From assembly GCA_963748215.1 (NCBI GenBank), contig CAVVHS010000008.1:320001-384000 (forward strand): 64,000 bases of DNA. Direction: 5' to 3'. This stretch comes from an uncultured Gammaproteobacteria bacterium (lineage in GTDB: Bacteria > Pseudomonadota > Gammaproteobacteria > UBA9214). The notes beneath the pieces are model-generated. The model searched no databases, was not told the DNA's origin, and saw only the letters and a list, made by a program, of their open reading frames with translations. Below, one piece after another: positions 43,864 through 54,118 of the stretch. A program made the position numbers and the translations under genes. Numbering within the stretch: position 1 is the stretch's first letter; every line of letters begins with the position of its first letter.

Positions 43864-44271
43864 ATGGCGTATAAAATCGAGGAAATCGAAGGCATCGGGC
43901 CTGCTTTCGCAGCGAAACTCCAGCCGGCCGGCATCAAGACGACCGCTGACCTGCTGAAGCTGTGCTGTGATGCCAAGGGTCGCAAGGCCACCGCGGAAAA
44001 GTCCGGCCTGACTGAATCCCAGCTGCTCAAGTGGGCCAACATGGCCGACCTGATGCGTATCTCAGGTATCGGTTCAGAATACTCGGAACTGCTCGAGGCG
44101 GCCGGCGTCGACACCGTGAAGGAGCTGCGCACACGCCGGGCCGACAACCTCGCCGCCAAAATGGCCGAGGTCAATGCCAGCAAGAAGCTGACGCGCGCCG
44201 TGCCTTCCGAGAAGATCGTGACCGGCTGGATCGAGCAGGCCAAGACCCTGCAGCCGCTGATCGCTCACTGA
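43864..44271 (+). CDS. DUF4332 helix-hairpin-helix protein
   Basis: IEEIEGIGP, ADLMRISGIG.EYSELLE.AGVDTV; RBS GAGGA. Confidence 0.85.
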   Translation: MAYKIEEIEGIGPAFAAKLQPAGIKTTADLLKLCCDAKGRKATAEKSGLTESQLLKWANMADLMRISGIGSEYSELLEAAGVDTVKELRTRRADNLAAKMAEVNASKKLTRAVPSEKIVTGWIEQAKTLQPLIAH

Positions 44272-44640
44272 TCACGTGGAGTCGGACGGGGTCGATTCCG
44301 GCCCCGTGCCGGCGCTGTCCCCGCCGTTTCGATCGGCAGTCCTGCGCTGTGGCAGGATCAGCCTGCGCATGCGGCGCCGGCCAAGCACGTCCGACACGCT
44401 GCCGTAAATCACGGCAAGCAGCGCACCACCCAGCAACGACAGAATGAGGTAGTGGGCATTCCAGAGATAGACGAATGCCATATCCGGATAACCGGCGCGG
44501 AGCATGTCGAAGCCATGCTGAAAATCCGCCACCAGGCTGTCGCCGGACTCCGGAAACCTGAACTGCTTCGGGCGCGGCTTGTCCAGCCAGAACCACGCCA
44601 GCCAGCCGACGATGAACACCAGAAAACTGCCACGTAACAT
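44272..44640 (-). CDS. Hypothetical membrane protein
   Basis: Two hydrophobic segments, FQ.GFD.L..GY...AF.Y.W. Confidence 0.6.
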   Translation of the reverse strand: MLRGSFLVFIVGWLAWFWLDKPRPKQFRFPESGDSLVADFQHGFDMLRAGYPDMAFVYLWNAHYLILSLLGGALLAVIYGSVSDVLGRRRMRRLILPQRRTADRNGGDSAGTGPESTPSDST

Positions 44641-44652
44641 GTGTTGGGCACC

Positions 44653-44685
44653 AAAAAAAACGGCCAGACTGGGTGAGCCTGGCCG
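44653..44685 (-). terminator. Rho-independent terminator
   Basis: CGGCCAGGCT-CACCC-AGTCTGGCCG followed by T8 on the minus strand. Confidence 0.8.
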
Positions 44686-44713
44686 CCCGTTTCAGACAGC
44701 GTAGCGCTGCTGT

Positions 44714-45079
44714 TTACTGACCCATGGTCCCGCTGGCCTTGTCCATGGCGCCAGCGGCCGCATCGGTTGCAGCCTCTTCGGTCTCAGTTGCCGTCGCATC
44801 GGCAACGCCCTGGGCCGCGTCGTGGATGGTCTCCTTGGTGGCATCGTATGCATCGGAAGCCATGTCGCTGGCGCCCTCGGCCATGTCGCCGGCGGTTTCG
44901 GACACGGCTTGGCCGGCATCGGAAGCCATTTCACCGGCATCCTCTGCCATTTCACTGGTGGATTCCATGGCCTTGTCCATCATGCCCGGCTCGGTACTGC
45001 CGGTAGCGGGCTCGTTCTTGTCGCCGCAACCGGCGAGGACCAGTGCCAGACAGGCGGCGGTAATAAGTTTGCTGTTCAT
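44714..45079 (-). CDS. Small acidic lipoprotein with LEA-like helical repeats
   Basis: Lipobox LAGC; repeated MA.DA...units. Confidence 0.75.
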   Translation of the reverse strand: MNSKLITAACLALVLAGCGDKNEPATGSTEPGMMDKAMESTSEMAEDAGEMASDAGQAVSETAGDMAEGASDMASDAYDATKETIHDAAQGVADATATETEEAATDAAAGAMDKASGTMGQ

Positions 45080-45130
45080 ATCTTTACTCCTCGTTTACTG
45101 CATGGGTTAAACAAAACTCGTGAAAAATGC

Positions 45131-45562
45131 TCAGTCAATCTGTGACGTGCAGAACTTGCAACGCTTGGCCGCAATCGGAATGTCGGACAGGCACTGCGGA
45201 CACGCCTTGGTGTCCGGCGCCTTGGGCGGTTCCTCGGTCTTCAGCTTGTTCATTGCCTTGATGACCATGAAAATGGCAAAGGCGACAATCAGGAAATCCA
45301 GCACGGTATTGATGAACACACCGTAGTTAATCGTTGCTGCACCGGCCTCCTGGGCGGCGGCCAGCGACGCATAGGATTCGGTTCCGAGGTTGATAAACAG
45401 GTTGCTGAAGTCCACGCCGCCCATGAGCTTGCCGAGTGGCGGCATCAGCACATCCTTGACGAAGGAACTGACGATCTTGCCGAATGCCGCACCGATGACG
45501 ATACCGACGGCCATATCGACAACGTTGCCGCGCATGGCAAATTTTTTGAATTCTTCTAACAT
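45131..45562 (-). CDS. mscL: Large-conductance mechanosensitive channel with C-terminal CxxC..CxxC
   Basis: [33 protein letters not shown]. Confidence 0.94.
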   Translation of the reverse strand: MLEEFKKFAMRGNVVDMAVGIVIGAAFGKIVSSFVKDVLMPPLGKLMGGVDFSNLFINLGTESYASLAAAQEAGAATINYGVFINTVLDFLIVAFAIFMVIKAMNKLKTEEPPKAPDTKACPQCLSDIPIAAKRCKFCTSQID

Positions 45563-45806
45563 AGCTTGCTCCCGGCTTATTCAGTCGATGACATCCTGTT
45601 TACAGGGCGCATATTATATAAGGCCACAGGCAGAATTTTACTTTTTTTACCCATCTTTTTTTTAATATATTACAAAGAGTTGAAAGAACGTGTCGCCAAT
45701 CGGAAACACTCGCAGCCATGCATTGACCGGCCAATGCATGGCAAACCCGAAGCGCCGCGGGTCGATACCACGCCGAACACCCGCAGCTCACTGAGGTCGC
45801 ATCCGC

Positions 45807-46460
45807 ATGGATATCACACATACCATCGCACTCACCATGGGCGTTGCCTGGGCCAGCGGCATCAACCTGTATGCCGCGATCCTGGTGCTGGGCTACCTCG
45901 GCACGACGGGCAATATCGACCTCCCGCCCGGGCTGGAAATACTCACCGACCCGATGGTGATGCTGGCGGCCGGCGCCATGTACTGCGTGGAGTTCTTCGC
46001 TGACAAGATACCGGGCGTGGATACCGGCTGGGACGGCCTGTCCACGTTTATCCGCATCCCGGCCGGCGCCATCCTCGCGGCCGGTGCGATCGGCGAGGTC
46101 GGCCAGGCCGCACAGCTGGCGGCCGGTATCGCGGGCGGCACCCTGGCAGCCGGCACCCATGCCACCAAGACCGGCTCGCGTGTGCTGATCAACGCCTCGC
46201 CGGAGCCGTTCTCCAACTGGTTTGCCTCGGTGGGCGAAGACGTGGCCGTGATCGCGGGCCTGTGGACTGCATTGCACAACCCCGCGCTGTTCATCGTCCT
46301 GCTGGTGCTGTTCATCCTGCTGATGATCTGGCTGCTGCCGAAACTGTGGCGCGGCATCAAAAAGGTATTTGGTTGGCTTGGCCGACTGTTCGGCGCGGGC
46401 GCGCGCGACCCGACGCCGGAAACAGGTGCCGGTGACAGCAAGGGTACACGGCAGCCATGA
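45807..46460 (+). CDS. DUF4126 membrane protein
   Basis: ASGINLYA, EFFADKIPGVD, SPEPFSN, ED motifs. Confidence 0.85.
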   Translation: MDITHTIALTMGVAWASGINLYAAILVLGYLGTTGNIDLPPGLEILTDPMVMLAAGAMYCVEFFADKIPGVDTGWDGLSTFIRIPAGAILAAGAIGEVGQAAQLAAGIAGGTLAAGTHATKTGSRVLINASPEPFSNWFASVGEDVAVIAGLWTALHNPALFIVLLVLFILLMIWLLPKLWRGIKKVFGWLGRLFGAGARDPTPETGAGDSKGTRQP

Positions 46461-47011
46461 AGCACTCGCTGCTCACGCTGCTTGCGATCGCCCTGCCCGT
46501 CACCCTGGGCTGGCTCCTGTTCGCACCTGACGTGCTCCGGACCAGCCCGGACATCAGCCTGCTCGACCTTGACGGCAACGAGCTGCACCTGGTGGATTAC
46601 CGCGGCAGGCCGCTGCTGGTCACGTTCTGGGCCACGACCTGCACCGGCTGTGTCAGGGAAATTCCGCACCTGATCGAACTGTACCGGGAGCTGGCGCCGC
46701 AAGGGCTGGAGATCATCGGCGTCGCCATGAACTACGACCCGCCCAACCACGTACTCGCCATGCGCGATGCCCGCCGCATACCCTACCCGATCGCGCTCGA
46801 CATCCATGCCGACGCGGCACGCGCCTTCGGCGATGTGCGGCTCACGCCGACCACCTTCCTCATCGCGCCGGACGGGCGTATCGTCTACTGGAAGAGCGGC
46901 GAACTGGACCTGGACAAGCTGCGGGCGGACATCATCGGCCTGCTGCAGCAGGCTGCTATCGCCACCGCCTGCAACAACAAACCACAGGAATTTCCGTCAT
47001 GCTCTGGGTAA
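46457..47011 (+). CDS. TlpA-family thiol-disulfide oxidoreductase
   Basis: FWATTCTGC..E.P, TPTTFLI..DG. Confidence 0.88.
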   Translation: MKHSLLTLLAIALPVTLGWLLFAPDVLRTSPDISLLDLDGNELHLVDYRGRPLLVTFWATTCTGCVREIPHLIELYRELAPQGLEIIGVAMNYDPPNHVLAMRDARRIPYPIALDIHADAARAFGDVRLTPTTFLIAPDGRIVYWKSGELDLDKLRADIIGLLQQAAIATACNNKPQEFPSCSG

Positions 47012-47421
47012 AGGGATTGCACGTCATTTTCATGGTCACCTGGTTCGCCGGGCTGTTTTATCTGCCACGCCTGTTCGTCTACCACGCCGACGCGCGGGAT
47101 GAAATCAGCCACGCCCGCTTCCTGGTCATGGAGCGCAAGCTGTTCGCCATTATGACCATAGGCGCCGTGATCACGGCGGTCTTCGGCATCTGGATGCTGG
47201 CCGACTATGCCTGGTCGGCCTACCGGTCATCCGGCTGGCTGCACGCCAAGCTCGCGCTGGTCGGCGGGCTAATCGTGTTTCATCTCTACTGCCTGATAAT
47301 CATGCGCGAGTTCCGCGCCGGCACCGCACAGCACAGTCACGTTTTCTATCGCTGGATCAATGAAATTCCTGCGCTGCTGCTGGTCGCCATCGTACTGCTC
47401 GCCGTGGTGAAACCCTTCTGA
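46999..47421 (+). CDS. hemJ: Protoporphyrinogen oxidase HemJ
   Basis: KGLHVIF..TWFAGLFYLPRLFVYH, NEIP, VVKPF. Confidence 0.9.
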   Translation: MLWVKGLHVIFMVTWFAGLFYLPRLFVYHADARDEISHARFLVMERKLFAIMTIGAVITAVFGIWMLADYAWSAYRSSGWLHAKLALVGGLIVFHLYCLIIMREFRAGTAQHSHVFYRWINEIPALLLVAIVLLAVVKPF

Positions 47422-47498
47422 TTGCAGGGACTCCACAACGACAACCCCCGGTGCACCGGTTACAATAGAGACAAAGTTCAACCCTGAGGAAATGATTC

Positions 47499-47783
47499 AT
47501 GAGCCGTATCGTCAACTGTGTCGTACTCAAGCGTGAAGCCGAGGGACTGGACCACATTCCGCATCCTGGCTCGCTGGGTGAGCGTATCTATGAAAATGTT
47601 TCCGCGGAGGGCTGGAAGCAGTGGCTCGAGCGTCTCACCATGATCATCAACGAGAACGGGCTGAATACCGCCGATCCCGGCAGCATAGAGGTGATCGAGC
47701 AGCATATGCTCGGTTTCCTGTTCGGCGAAGGCGAGATGGGCGGCACACCGCAGGGATTTCAAGCGCCCGGCGCCAAGAAGTAA
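47499..47783 (+). CDS. yggX: Fe(II)-trafficking/oxidative-damage protection protein
   Basis: R.V.C..L..EAEGL...P.PG.LG.RIY.NVS..GW..W....TM.INE. Confidence 0.88.
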   Translation: MSRIVNCVVLKREAEGLDHIPHPGSLGERIYENVSAEGWKQWLERLTMIINENGLNTADPGSIEVIEQHMLGFLFGEGEMGGTPQGFQAPGAKK

Positions 47784-49046
47784 TCAGGCACCGGCACGCT
47801 CGTCCTGCATACGCAGCAACGGGGCCACCACGATATCCAGTTCCGCGAAGGCCGCGCGCAGCGCGGCCTCGGCCTGTGCGGGTGTCGGCGCCCGCGCAAA
47901 CATGAAGCCGAGGTAGCTCGCCCCCTCCGGCAACGGCACGAGTTCATACCCTTCCCTGATCGAGATCGAGATATCCTCGATATACGGCACCGCACGCGCC
48001 GCGCTGATACCCTCGATGCGACGCAGGATACCGGCGCGCGCTATGGGGATCATCAATACGCCCGCGGCATCCAGCGGCCGTTCGAACCCGACCGGCTCTC
48101 CGCTTGCGTGTGCGATCACCAGCTCCTCAAGGCCGTGACCGGTCGCCGCACGCAGCAGGCGCGCGCACTCGCCACCGATGGTACGCGCGGCCACTTCCAT
48201 GATGACGCAACCCCGGGTGGCGATTCGCAACTCGGCATGCACCGGGCCTTCGCGCAGGCCGAGCGCGCGGCAGGCAGTCTCTACGCAGGCAGTGATTTGC
48301 CGCTGCACGTCTGGCGCATGCCGTGACGGCATGATGTAGTAGGTCTCTTCGAAGAACGGCCCTTCGAGCGGATCCGGCTTGTCGAAAATCGCCAGCACCT
48401 GCAGTGCGCCGCGCATGAGTAGCCCTTCCAGCGCCACTTCCGGCCCGGACACGAAGGTTTCCTGCAGCAGGTGCATGGCGGCAAACCGGTCATGCGGCGC
48501 TTCCTGCGCCAGGATCGCCTGGATGCGTGCGCAGGCGGACAGGGCCTCGGCCAGGGTATCGACGCGCATGACACCGCGACTGCCGGACATCGTCAGCGGC
48601 TTGATGACGCACGGAAACGGCAGCGACTCCAGTTGCGCTGCCAGCGGCTGAGCGAGATCGATCACCCGGAAATCGGGAACGCCCGCACCGGCCTCCGCCA
48701 GCGCCTGTCGCGACAGGTCCTTGCGCCGGGTGCGCCGTGCCGCAGCCGGCGGATTGTGCGGCAAGCCGAGTTGTATGGCGACACGGCTGGCGAGTTCCAC
48801 GGTGCCATCATCGGTGGCCACCACGCCGCTGAACGGCCGCTCCCGGTTCGCCTCCAGCAGGGCTTCCACCGCCCCGGGATCGGCCAGATCGACGTGCAGG
48901 CCACCGGCAATCTCGCTGACCAGGGAATGCCTGCCCTCGGATGCAACCAGCACATCGATGTGACGCGCGCGCGCCGCGGCAAGATAGGCAGCGGTGCGAT
49001 AACTGTTGGGTGGCGCGATCAGCAGCAGACGCGGTTCCGCTTTCAA
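47784..49046 (-). CDS. ATP-grasp domain protein of unknown substrate
   Basis: FPCVIKP..SGSRGV, GPEVALEG, GPVHAELR, EVAARTIGG. Confidence 0.85.
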   Translation of the reverse strand: MKAEPRLLLIAPPNSYRTAAYLAAARARHIDVLVASEGRHSLVSEIAGGLHVDLADPGAVEALLEANRERPFSGVVATDDGTVELASRVAIQLGLPHNPPAAARRTRRKDLSRQALAEAGAGVPDFRVIDLAQPLAAQLESLPFPCVIKPLTMSGSRGVMRVDTLAEALSACARIQAILAQEAPHDRFAAMHLLQETFVSGPEVALEGLLMRGALQVLAIFDKPDPLEGPFFEETYYIMPSRHAPDVQRQITACVETACRALGLREGPVHAELRIATRGCVIMEVAARTIGGECARLLRAATGHGLEELVIAHASGEPVGFERPLDAAGVLMIPIARAGILRRIEGISAARAVPYIEDISISIREGYELVPLPEGASYLGFMFARAPTPAQAEAALRAAFAELDIVVAPLLRMQDERAGA

Positions 49047-49276
49047 GCGATGTGCACCTGACAGGTCAGGGTGCGAGATGCCAGCACGCCGGCTGCCGTC
49101 ACGAGGTGTGGCGGGCTGACAGGGAAAATGCAGTTCGAGGCTGACGCAAGGGTGTGATGCAGACGGCCATGATTTTGTCTGCAGCCATTATCCGGCGCTG
49201 TGCGGTCCCCGGCGTAACGGAAAGGGTGTGACGCCGGGAACAGTTTGCGACGGATTGCCGCGGGCAACGCGTTGTA

Positions 49277-49669
49277 TCAGGCGCAGCCGCCGCCGGCTGA
49301 ACCGCAGGCACCACAGGTCCCCGAGCCGCCGGTGACCGCGAAGGCATTATTGAATACGAAACTGGCGCCGGTCGGGCGCTCCACATAATCGATTTCCACG
49401 CCACGCAGGAAATTCAGGGCCACGGCGTCAACATAGACCTCGAAACCCTCCTCCTTGCGTACACTGTCGTACTCGGAACGGGCATCGGTGAAAGTCATGC
49501 CATAGCCCATGCCGCCGCAGCCGCCGCCGGACACGAACACGCGGATGGCCTTGAGATCATCCTCTTCCACCTGGCTGAAAAGTTCCAGCATCTTCTCGCG
49601 TGCCGTTGCGGTCAGGGCCAGGTCGGATGTCGATAATTCCATGCTGTAGTCTGTAGCTGTAGTTGCCAT
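49277..49669 (-). CDS. HesB/IscA-family A-type Fe-S carrier with extended Cys/Gly tail
   Basis: RVFVSGGGCGGMGYGM, IDY, F.FNN, C-terminal CGACGSAGGGCA. Confidence 0.82.
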   Translation of the reverse strand: MATTATDYSMELSTSDLALTATAREKMLELFSQVEEDDLKAIRVFVSGGGCGGMGYGMTFTDARSEYDSVRKEEGFEVYVDAVALNFLRGVEIDYVERPTGASFVFNNAFAVTGGSGTCGACGSAGGGCA

Positions 49670-49856
49670 TGCAAACTCCGTCAATCGTAAGGAAAGGGAC
49701 TGTATTGTGATCAATATATAGGCTGAGCTTGATGTATTCCAGCCCCCTGATGGGATGTAACCATCCTGCACACGTCAATAAATATTCATTTTTTTACAGT
49801 TAGTTGAGTAACCCCCAGGGTCGGCCAGTTACGGGTGGCAACAGACCATAAATCTG

Positions 49857-49896
49857 AATGATAATGATTTGCATTTAGACTTGCATTATGTAGAAT
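49857..49896 (+). promoter_or_regulatory. Fur box overlapping the porin promoter
   Basis: AATGATAATGATTTGCATT (49857-49875) resembles the Fur consensus and overlaps TTGCAT-N16-TAGAAT. Confidence 0.7.
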
Positions 49897-49934
49897 GGGC
49901 GCAGGTTTCCATTCAAAACAGGAGTCTCGTCGTT

Positions 49935-51185
49935 ATGAAGTACCCTGCCCTGCCCCTTGCCCTGCTCATCACCGCATTCGGCCTGCCGGCGGCCGGCTAT
50001 GCCGATTCGCCCCTGCCGACTGCCGAGGAAATGTGGGAGATCATCCAGAGCCAGCAGAAGGAAATCGAGGCACTGAAGCGTCAGCAACAGACCACGGAAC
50101 AGAAGGCGACGGCGGCCGACGAAAAGGCCGAAGCCGCGGTGGTTGCCGTGGAAAGCGGCACGGGTGGCAGTACCGCCGGCAGCAGCTGGGCCGACCGTAC
50201 GCAGATCGGCGGTTACGGTGAACTGCACTACAACAACATCGATGCCAGCGATCCGGCCAGATGACAACAAGGAAATCGATTTCCACCGCTTCGTGCTCTA
50301 TGCCGGCCATCAATTCACCGACGACATCCGCTTCTTCTCGGAATTCGAGATCGAGCACAGCATTGCGGGTGAAGGGCAGAACGGCGAAGTGGAGGTCGAG
50401 CAGGCCTACCTGGAGTTCGACCTGCGGATGACAATGCTGCAGGCCCGCGGCGGCGTGTTCCTGCTGCCGGTCGGCATCCTCAATGAAACCCACGAGCCCA
50501 ATACCTTCTACGGCGTGGAACGCAACGACGTGGAAAGCATCATCATCCCCGCCACCTGGTGGGCCGGTGGCGCCGGCCATCAGCGGCCGGCATGCCAACG
50601 GCATCAGCTGGGACCTGGCCGTCCACGAGGGCCTGATGATGCCAACCAGCGGAAGCAGTGCGTTCCGCGTGCGCAGCGGCCGGCAAAAAACCAGCGAGGC
50701 CAGCGCCGAGGATCTGGCCTGGAGCGGCCGCCTGCGCTACACCGGCATCCCGGGCCTGGAGCTCGCCGCCAGCGCGAACTACCAGACCGATGCCTCGCAG
50801 GTCGGCGGTGACGGCCTGGACTCCGGCCTGCTGCTCGAGACCCACCTCGTCTACACGAAGGGACCGTTCGGTCTGCGCGCACTGTATGCGCAGTGGGACT
50901 TCGACGGTACGGCGGTAGCGGCCGCGGATGCCGACAGGCAGACCGGCTGGTACATCGAACCCAGCTTCAGGGTACGCAACGATGTCGGGCTGTACACCCG
51001 CTATGAGGACATCGAGGCCGCCCGCAGCCAGGACCGGTTCAACCAGTGGGAGGTCGGCGTCAACTACTGGCCGCATGAAGACGTGGTGACTCAAGGCGGA
51101 CTACCGCAGCCGTGACCATGACCTGGCTGCGGAGGCCGGCCGTGATTTCGATGCCTTCGACCTCGGTATCGGCTACCAGTTCTGA
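49935..51185 (+). CDS. Outer-membrane porin (OprO/P-like beta-barrel) with N-terminal coiled coil; at least three +1 frameshifts
   Basis: Signal peptide, IGGYGELHYNN, DFHRFVL, EIEH, EQAYL, NETHEP, C-terminal GYQF; frame breaks near 50260, 50578 and 51090. Confidence 0.8.
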
Positions 51186-51240
51186 CTGGTCGACAAGCCA
51201 CTGTCCGGATGATCAGCATCTGCTATCCTTGCGACCCGCC

Positions 51241-51774
51241 ATGTTCAGACTGCTCGCCATTCTGGTATTCCTGTCACCGGCCGGTCCGCTGCTGGCCGGT
51301 GACGTTTACCAGTCCCAGCAGGATTTCCTGCAGGAAGTCTTTGCCGGCGATCCGCCGCCGGCCAGCGTGCTCTGGCTCCGGGACGGGATACGCACGACCA
51401 GCACGGACATCCTCGGCCATCCCTACCCCGGACTGCGCATCCGCTACTGGCTGCAGGACGCGCGCAGCGCCTGGATACTCGAGGAAATCGGCAAGGAAAA
51501 GCCCATCACCGTCGGGCTGGTGGTCAATACGCAGGGCATCGAGCTGGTACGGGTCCTCGCCTTCCGCGAGAGTCGCGGCTGGGAGGTACGCTACCCGTTC
51601 TTCACCGACCAGTTCAGGGGTATCGGACTGACCGATGGCCATGCACTCGACAAACCCATCGACGGCATTTCAGGTGCAACCCTCTCGGTACGCGCCCTGG
51701 AAAAACTCGCACGCCTCGCTCTCTACCTGCACAGCCAGGCAGCTACCCTGCATGACCCGCCAGCCGCGAACTAA
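51241..51774 (+). CDS. Extracytoplasmic FMN-binding protein (flavinylation target)
   Basis: Signal peptide, RESRG.EV...F..QF.G, IDGISGATLS motif. Confidence 0.88.
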   Translation: MFRLLAILVFLSPAGPLLAGDVYQSQQDFLQEVFAGDPPPASVLWLRDGIRTTSTDILGHPYPGLRIRYWLQDARSAWILEEIGKEKPITVGLVVNTQGIELVRVLAFRESRGWEVRYPFFTDQFRGIGLTDGHALDKPIDGISGATLSVRALEKLARLALYLHSQAATLHDPPAAN

Positions 51775-52567
51775 ACCGCGCACCAAGCTGCTGCGGTCGC
51801 TGTATATCTGGCACCGCTATATCGGACTGGCCGCCGCACTGTTCGTTGTCGTGCTTGCCGCAACCGGGCTGCTGCTCAATCACACCGAGGAACTCGGCCT
51901 GGATTCCATCAAGGTCTCCTCGCCCGCCCTGCTCGACTGGTACGGCGTGCATGCGCCGGACAATGTCATCAGCTACCGGGCCGGCCCGCTCACCGTCACT
52001 GATGCGGCAGGCAGGATCTACCTGGACCAGGGTGTCCTGCCCAACGTGGAAGGACCGCTTGCGGGTGCCGTCGAATACGCCGGCCTCGTGGTCGTTGCCA
52101 CCGGCAAGCAGTTGCTGTTACTGACCCCGACGGGCGAACTCGTGGAACGACTGGACAATGCCAGCGGCGTACCGGCGGACATCCTCGCCATCGGCGTGGC
52201 CGGCAGCGGCGCGCTTGCCGTGCGCACCGCGCACGGCAGCTACGGGACTGACGAGAATTTTCTCGACTGGACCGCGCTGGACGATGTTGCAGCAGAATGG
52301 GCCACATCGACGCGGCTGACGGAACAGCAGCGGCTGGCGCTGAACCGCGCCTGGCGGGGCGACGGGCTGCCGCTGGAACGTATCATGCTGGACATGCACA
52401 GCGGCCGCATCCTCGGCACCGCGGGCGTCTATGTAATGGATGGCGCCGCCATCCTGTTCCTGCTGCTGGCAGCCAGCGGCGTGTGGCTGTGGATCAAACG
52501 GATTACCAGCGCCCGTGCGCATCAGCAAAAAATGCAGCAGCGCGGCGGCAGTCTCAGCGACGACTGA
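51752..52567 (+). CDS. PepSY-associated TM domain protein
   Basis: WHRYIG...TGLLLNH and LDMHSGR conserved His motifs. Confidence 0.85.
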   Translation: MTRQPRTKPRTKLLRSLYIWHRYIGLAAALFVVVLAATGLLLNHTEELGLDSIKVSSPALLDWYGVHAPDNVISYRAGPLTVTDAAGRIYLDQGVLPNVEGPLAGAVEYAGLVVVATGKQLLLLTPTGELVERLDNASGVPADILAIGVAGSGALAVRTAHGSYGTDENFLDWTALDDVAAEWATSTRLTEQQRLALNRAWRGDGLPLERIMLDMHSGRILGTAGVYVMDGAAILFLLLAASGVWLWIKRITSARAHQQKMQQRGGSLSDD

Positions 52568-52636
52568 ACATTGCCGTAGTCCACGGGATGACGGCCACGC
52601 GACCGGCCGGGGAATTCCCCGGCTGAACGTGCCCGG

Positions 52637-54076
52637 TCAGTGCTGCCGGCGAGCGCGCAACCGCCACAGCACGAGCATGAAGGCCAGCAGCAACCAGAGT
52701 TCGCCAGCCTGCGCAACACCGGCATCCGGACTGCGCAGGCTGCAGGTAAATCCCCGGCTGCCGGCATCAATGCGGCTGAAAATCGCGGAGAATATTTCCG
52801 GGTTACCGGTCGTGTTGTCGGTCCAGACAACGCGATTGCTGCGTGGCGCAAGCCGCGCCTGCGGGTTGCAGCTGAGCGCCACCCCCGTGTCAGTCAGCGT
52901 TTCCGTCGTGATGAGCTTGCCGTCGTAGGTCATGTGGGCATTGTAGATGGTGTAATTCGGAGCAGCTGAATCTGACAGTTCGTATCGTCGAAATCCATGT
53001 AGATGGCATGCACGCGCCGGTCGGAGCCGATGCGTGAAAACACCCGCCAGGAATTCTGCGCCGGCGTGGCGGTAATCGCGGTTTCATGCAGGCGGATGAC
53101 GGCGAGATCCGCCATGCTGCCAGGCTGGACATGCAGCGCCGGATCCAGCGCGGTGAGATACACCTGTTCGTCGCCGTTGCCCACCAGCGTGGTCGCCTGT
53201 TTGTACACCACGTAGACCCGGTCATCCACCAGGTCGACGCTGACGGTGGCATTGCCGGCAGGCAGGCCGTCGTCCGCTGTCAACAGGGTGGGCGCAATCA
53301 GCACAGTGACGGCACCGGTAACCGCATCGACATCGAACATTGTGTAGTAGATCTCGTCCGCCGGCGCCCCTGGGATTGTACCTGGCTGGTATACACCACG
53401 TGCACGTGGCCGGCCGAATCGATGGCGATATCGGGCAGGTCGTTGCCGGTGCCTGCTGTCTGGGTGACACGTACACCGGTCGCCCGGCTCAGGTTCCCGT
53501 CGGGATCGACCTTCACATACTGCACCGGGCCACCGACGTCACTCTCCCACACCACGTGCAGGTTCCCGCTGCCGTCGATGGCCATGGCCGGATTGAGTGC
53601 GGGCCGGCCGTCTGCCGGGCTGGAGATGCGCACCTCATCAAGATTATTAGCGAGTCGTCTGCTTGATGGTCGTCAGAACGGCCGGCGTCAGGGGATCGAG
53701 ATCATCCAGTAACGGCTCCAGCCGCATGAACCAGACTTCCTGGTCAGCCAGATCCTGCCAGACCACGAACAGTCGGTTGCTGGCATCGATGGCGGTCACC
53801 GGGTGCGTGTTGGCGACTGCCGCTGCTGTCATTGATCTGGATGTCCGTAATCAGTTCGGTGCCGGCCGCGCCGAACAGCTTGAACAGGATGGCGCCGTTG
53901 CCATTGTCCACAACGGCGTCATGCCAGACCAGGTACAGGCCACCGCCTGTGCCGACGCGGTAGTCGGGGAAATCCGCCTGGTTCAATGGATTGTCGGTCA
54001 GCTGGATTGCAGCCTGTGCGAACGGCTGAACCAGCATGGCCAGCACTAGCAGCAGGCAGGAAATGATATGTCTCAC
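52637..54076 (-). pseudogene. Secreted propeller-repeat protein with a JDVT-CTERM-like anchor, split into five frames
   Basis: Signal peptide ending AQA; repeats P.IAID..G.lHVVW/Y; tail CSL......AGELWLLLAFMLVLWRLRARR; breaks may be sequencing errors. Confidence 0.65.
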
Positions 54077-54118
54077 GCAAACGTCTCCTTGGTCGGTTGC
54101 AGCGCGTAATCCGCGTCG

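Noticed and set aside
49935-51185. Programmed frameshifting or phase variation in the porin
   Set aside because: Breaks are not at slippery heptamers or long homopolymers and cluster with other indels, so errors are more likely.
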